Below are positions 25,760 through 26,393 of a stretch of DNA of 26,393 nucleotides, in pieces. The DNA is from Bdellovibrionota bacterium. GTDB taxonomy: Bacteria; Bdellovibrionota_C; UBA2361; JAAYZI01. Numbering within the stretch: position 1 is the first letter of the stretch; each line of letters starts with the position of its first letter. A program made the translations under genes and the position numbers. The stretch lies in assembly GCA_050950765.1 (NCBI GenBank), contig JBMNIF010000004.1, positions 1 to 26,393 of the forward strand. Reading direction: 5' to 3'. Under the pieces are notes generated by a model. The model did no database searches. It had not been told where the DNA came from and saw only the letters and a program-made list of their open reading frames with translations.

Positions 25760-26378
25760 GTTTCCGTCCCCTTAAAGGGGTCTTTTGTTTTGAATGAGGC
25801 AGTGCGTGCTATCATGCGCGAAGTTTACGTTTCCGTCCCTTAAAGGGGTCTTTTGTTTTGAATTGGAAAAAAGCTGGGTTGTGGCCGGCTAAGTGGGGTT
25901 TCCGTCCCCTTAAAGGGGTCTTTTGTTTTGAATCCAGTGGCATGAGATATTCAACTGCCCAGAAGATGTTTCCGTCCCCTTAAAGGGGTCTTTTGTTTTG
26001 AATTTCAGGCCCGCCGGGAGCCTATCCCGGCAGAAAGGAGGTTTCCGTCCCCTTAAAGGGGTCTTTTGTTTTGAATCGGTATTCCCCGATACCCGAACAC
26101 CCGGGAATCTACCGGTTTCCGTCCCCTTAAAGGGGTCTTTTGTTTTGAATGTTCTGCCACGCCGTTTGCGTAATATTTACAAAAACATTATGGTTTCCGT
26201 CCCCTTAAAGGGGTCTTTTGTTTTGAATTTAGACGTGGGATTTTTCTAATGACCACTGGTCATCAACGTTTCCGTCCCCTTAAAGGGGTCTTTTGTTTTG
26301 AATTAGGGGAGCCGCAACCCCGTAAAAACAGCCTAGACGCCGGTTTCCGTCCCCTTAAAGGGGTCTTTTGTTTTGAAT
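25760..26378 (-). CRISPR. CRISPR array: 9 repeats of 36 bp and 8 complete spacers, running off the window end; type III-like repeat, predicted transcription on the minus strand
   Basis: Repeat GTTTCCGTCCCCTTAAAGGGGTCTTTTGTTTTGAAT at 25760, 25829 (one C missing), 25898, 25968, 26041, 26115, 26193, 26268 and 26343. Unique spacers of 33, 34, 34, 37, 38, 42, 39 and 39 bp. CCCC/GGGG stem. The reverse complement ends in GGGGACGGAAAC. Confidence 0.98.
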
Positions 26379-26393
26379 GGTTGAAGGGGAAAC

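Noticed and set aside
25448..26249. ORFs 25448-25843 and 25998-26249 as genes (for example cas genes)
   Set aside because: They cross the mosaic junctions or simply translate CRISPR repeats (VSVPLKGSFVLN recurs), and show no Cas motifs.

Overview
AT-rich bacterial chromosomal segment; the FtsZ/MurC signatures suggest a Deltaproteobacteria/Bdellovibrionota-like host, which is inference only. Left to right it holds: an orphan Flp-type pilin; rplU-rpmA-obg on the minus strand; an OmpR-family response regulator; a secreted S1 serine protease; an intact IS1634-family element (28-bp imperfect IRs, CTAAAA target duplication) inserted in an ~80-bp tandem repeat array; a partial dcw cluster murC-murB-ftsQ-ftsA-ftsZ with no ddl; a cold-shock protein; a hybrid histidine kinase followed by a degenerate MlaF-like ABC ATPase; a Ski2/HelY-like helicase split into two in-frame genes, with the junction triplicated (219-bp period); a plant-like double-domain D-Ala-D-Ala ligase plus murF, bracketed by two clusters of a GGTGCCACC-core modular repeat; and a SAM methyltransferase. 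The last ~1.1 kb is a mosaic of a truncated glycosyltransferase, a GC-rich chemoreceptor fragment, an AT-rich gene fragment and a type III-like CRISPR array (9 repeats, no cas genes in the window). That mosaic is probably a chimeric or mis-assembled end and may not belong to the host.
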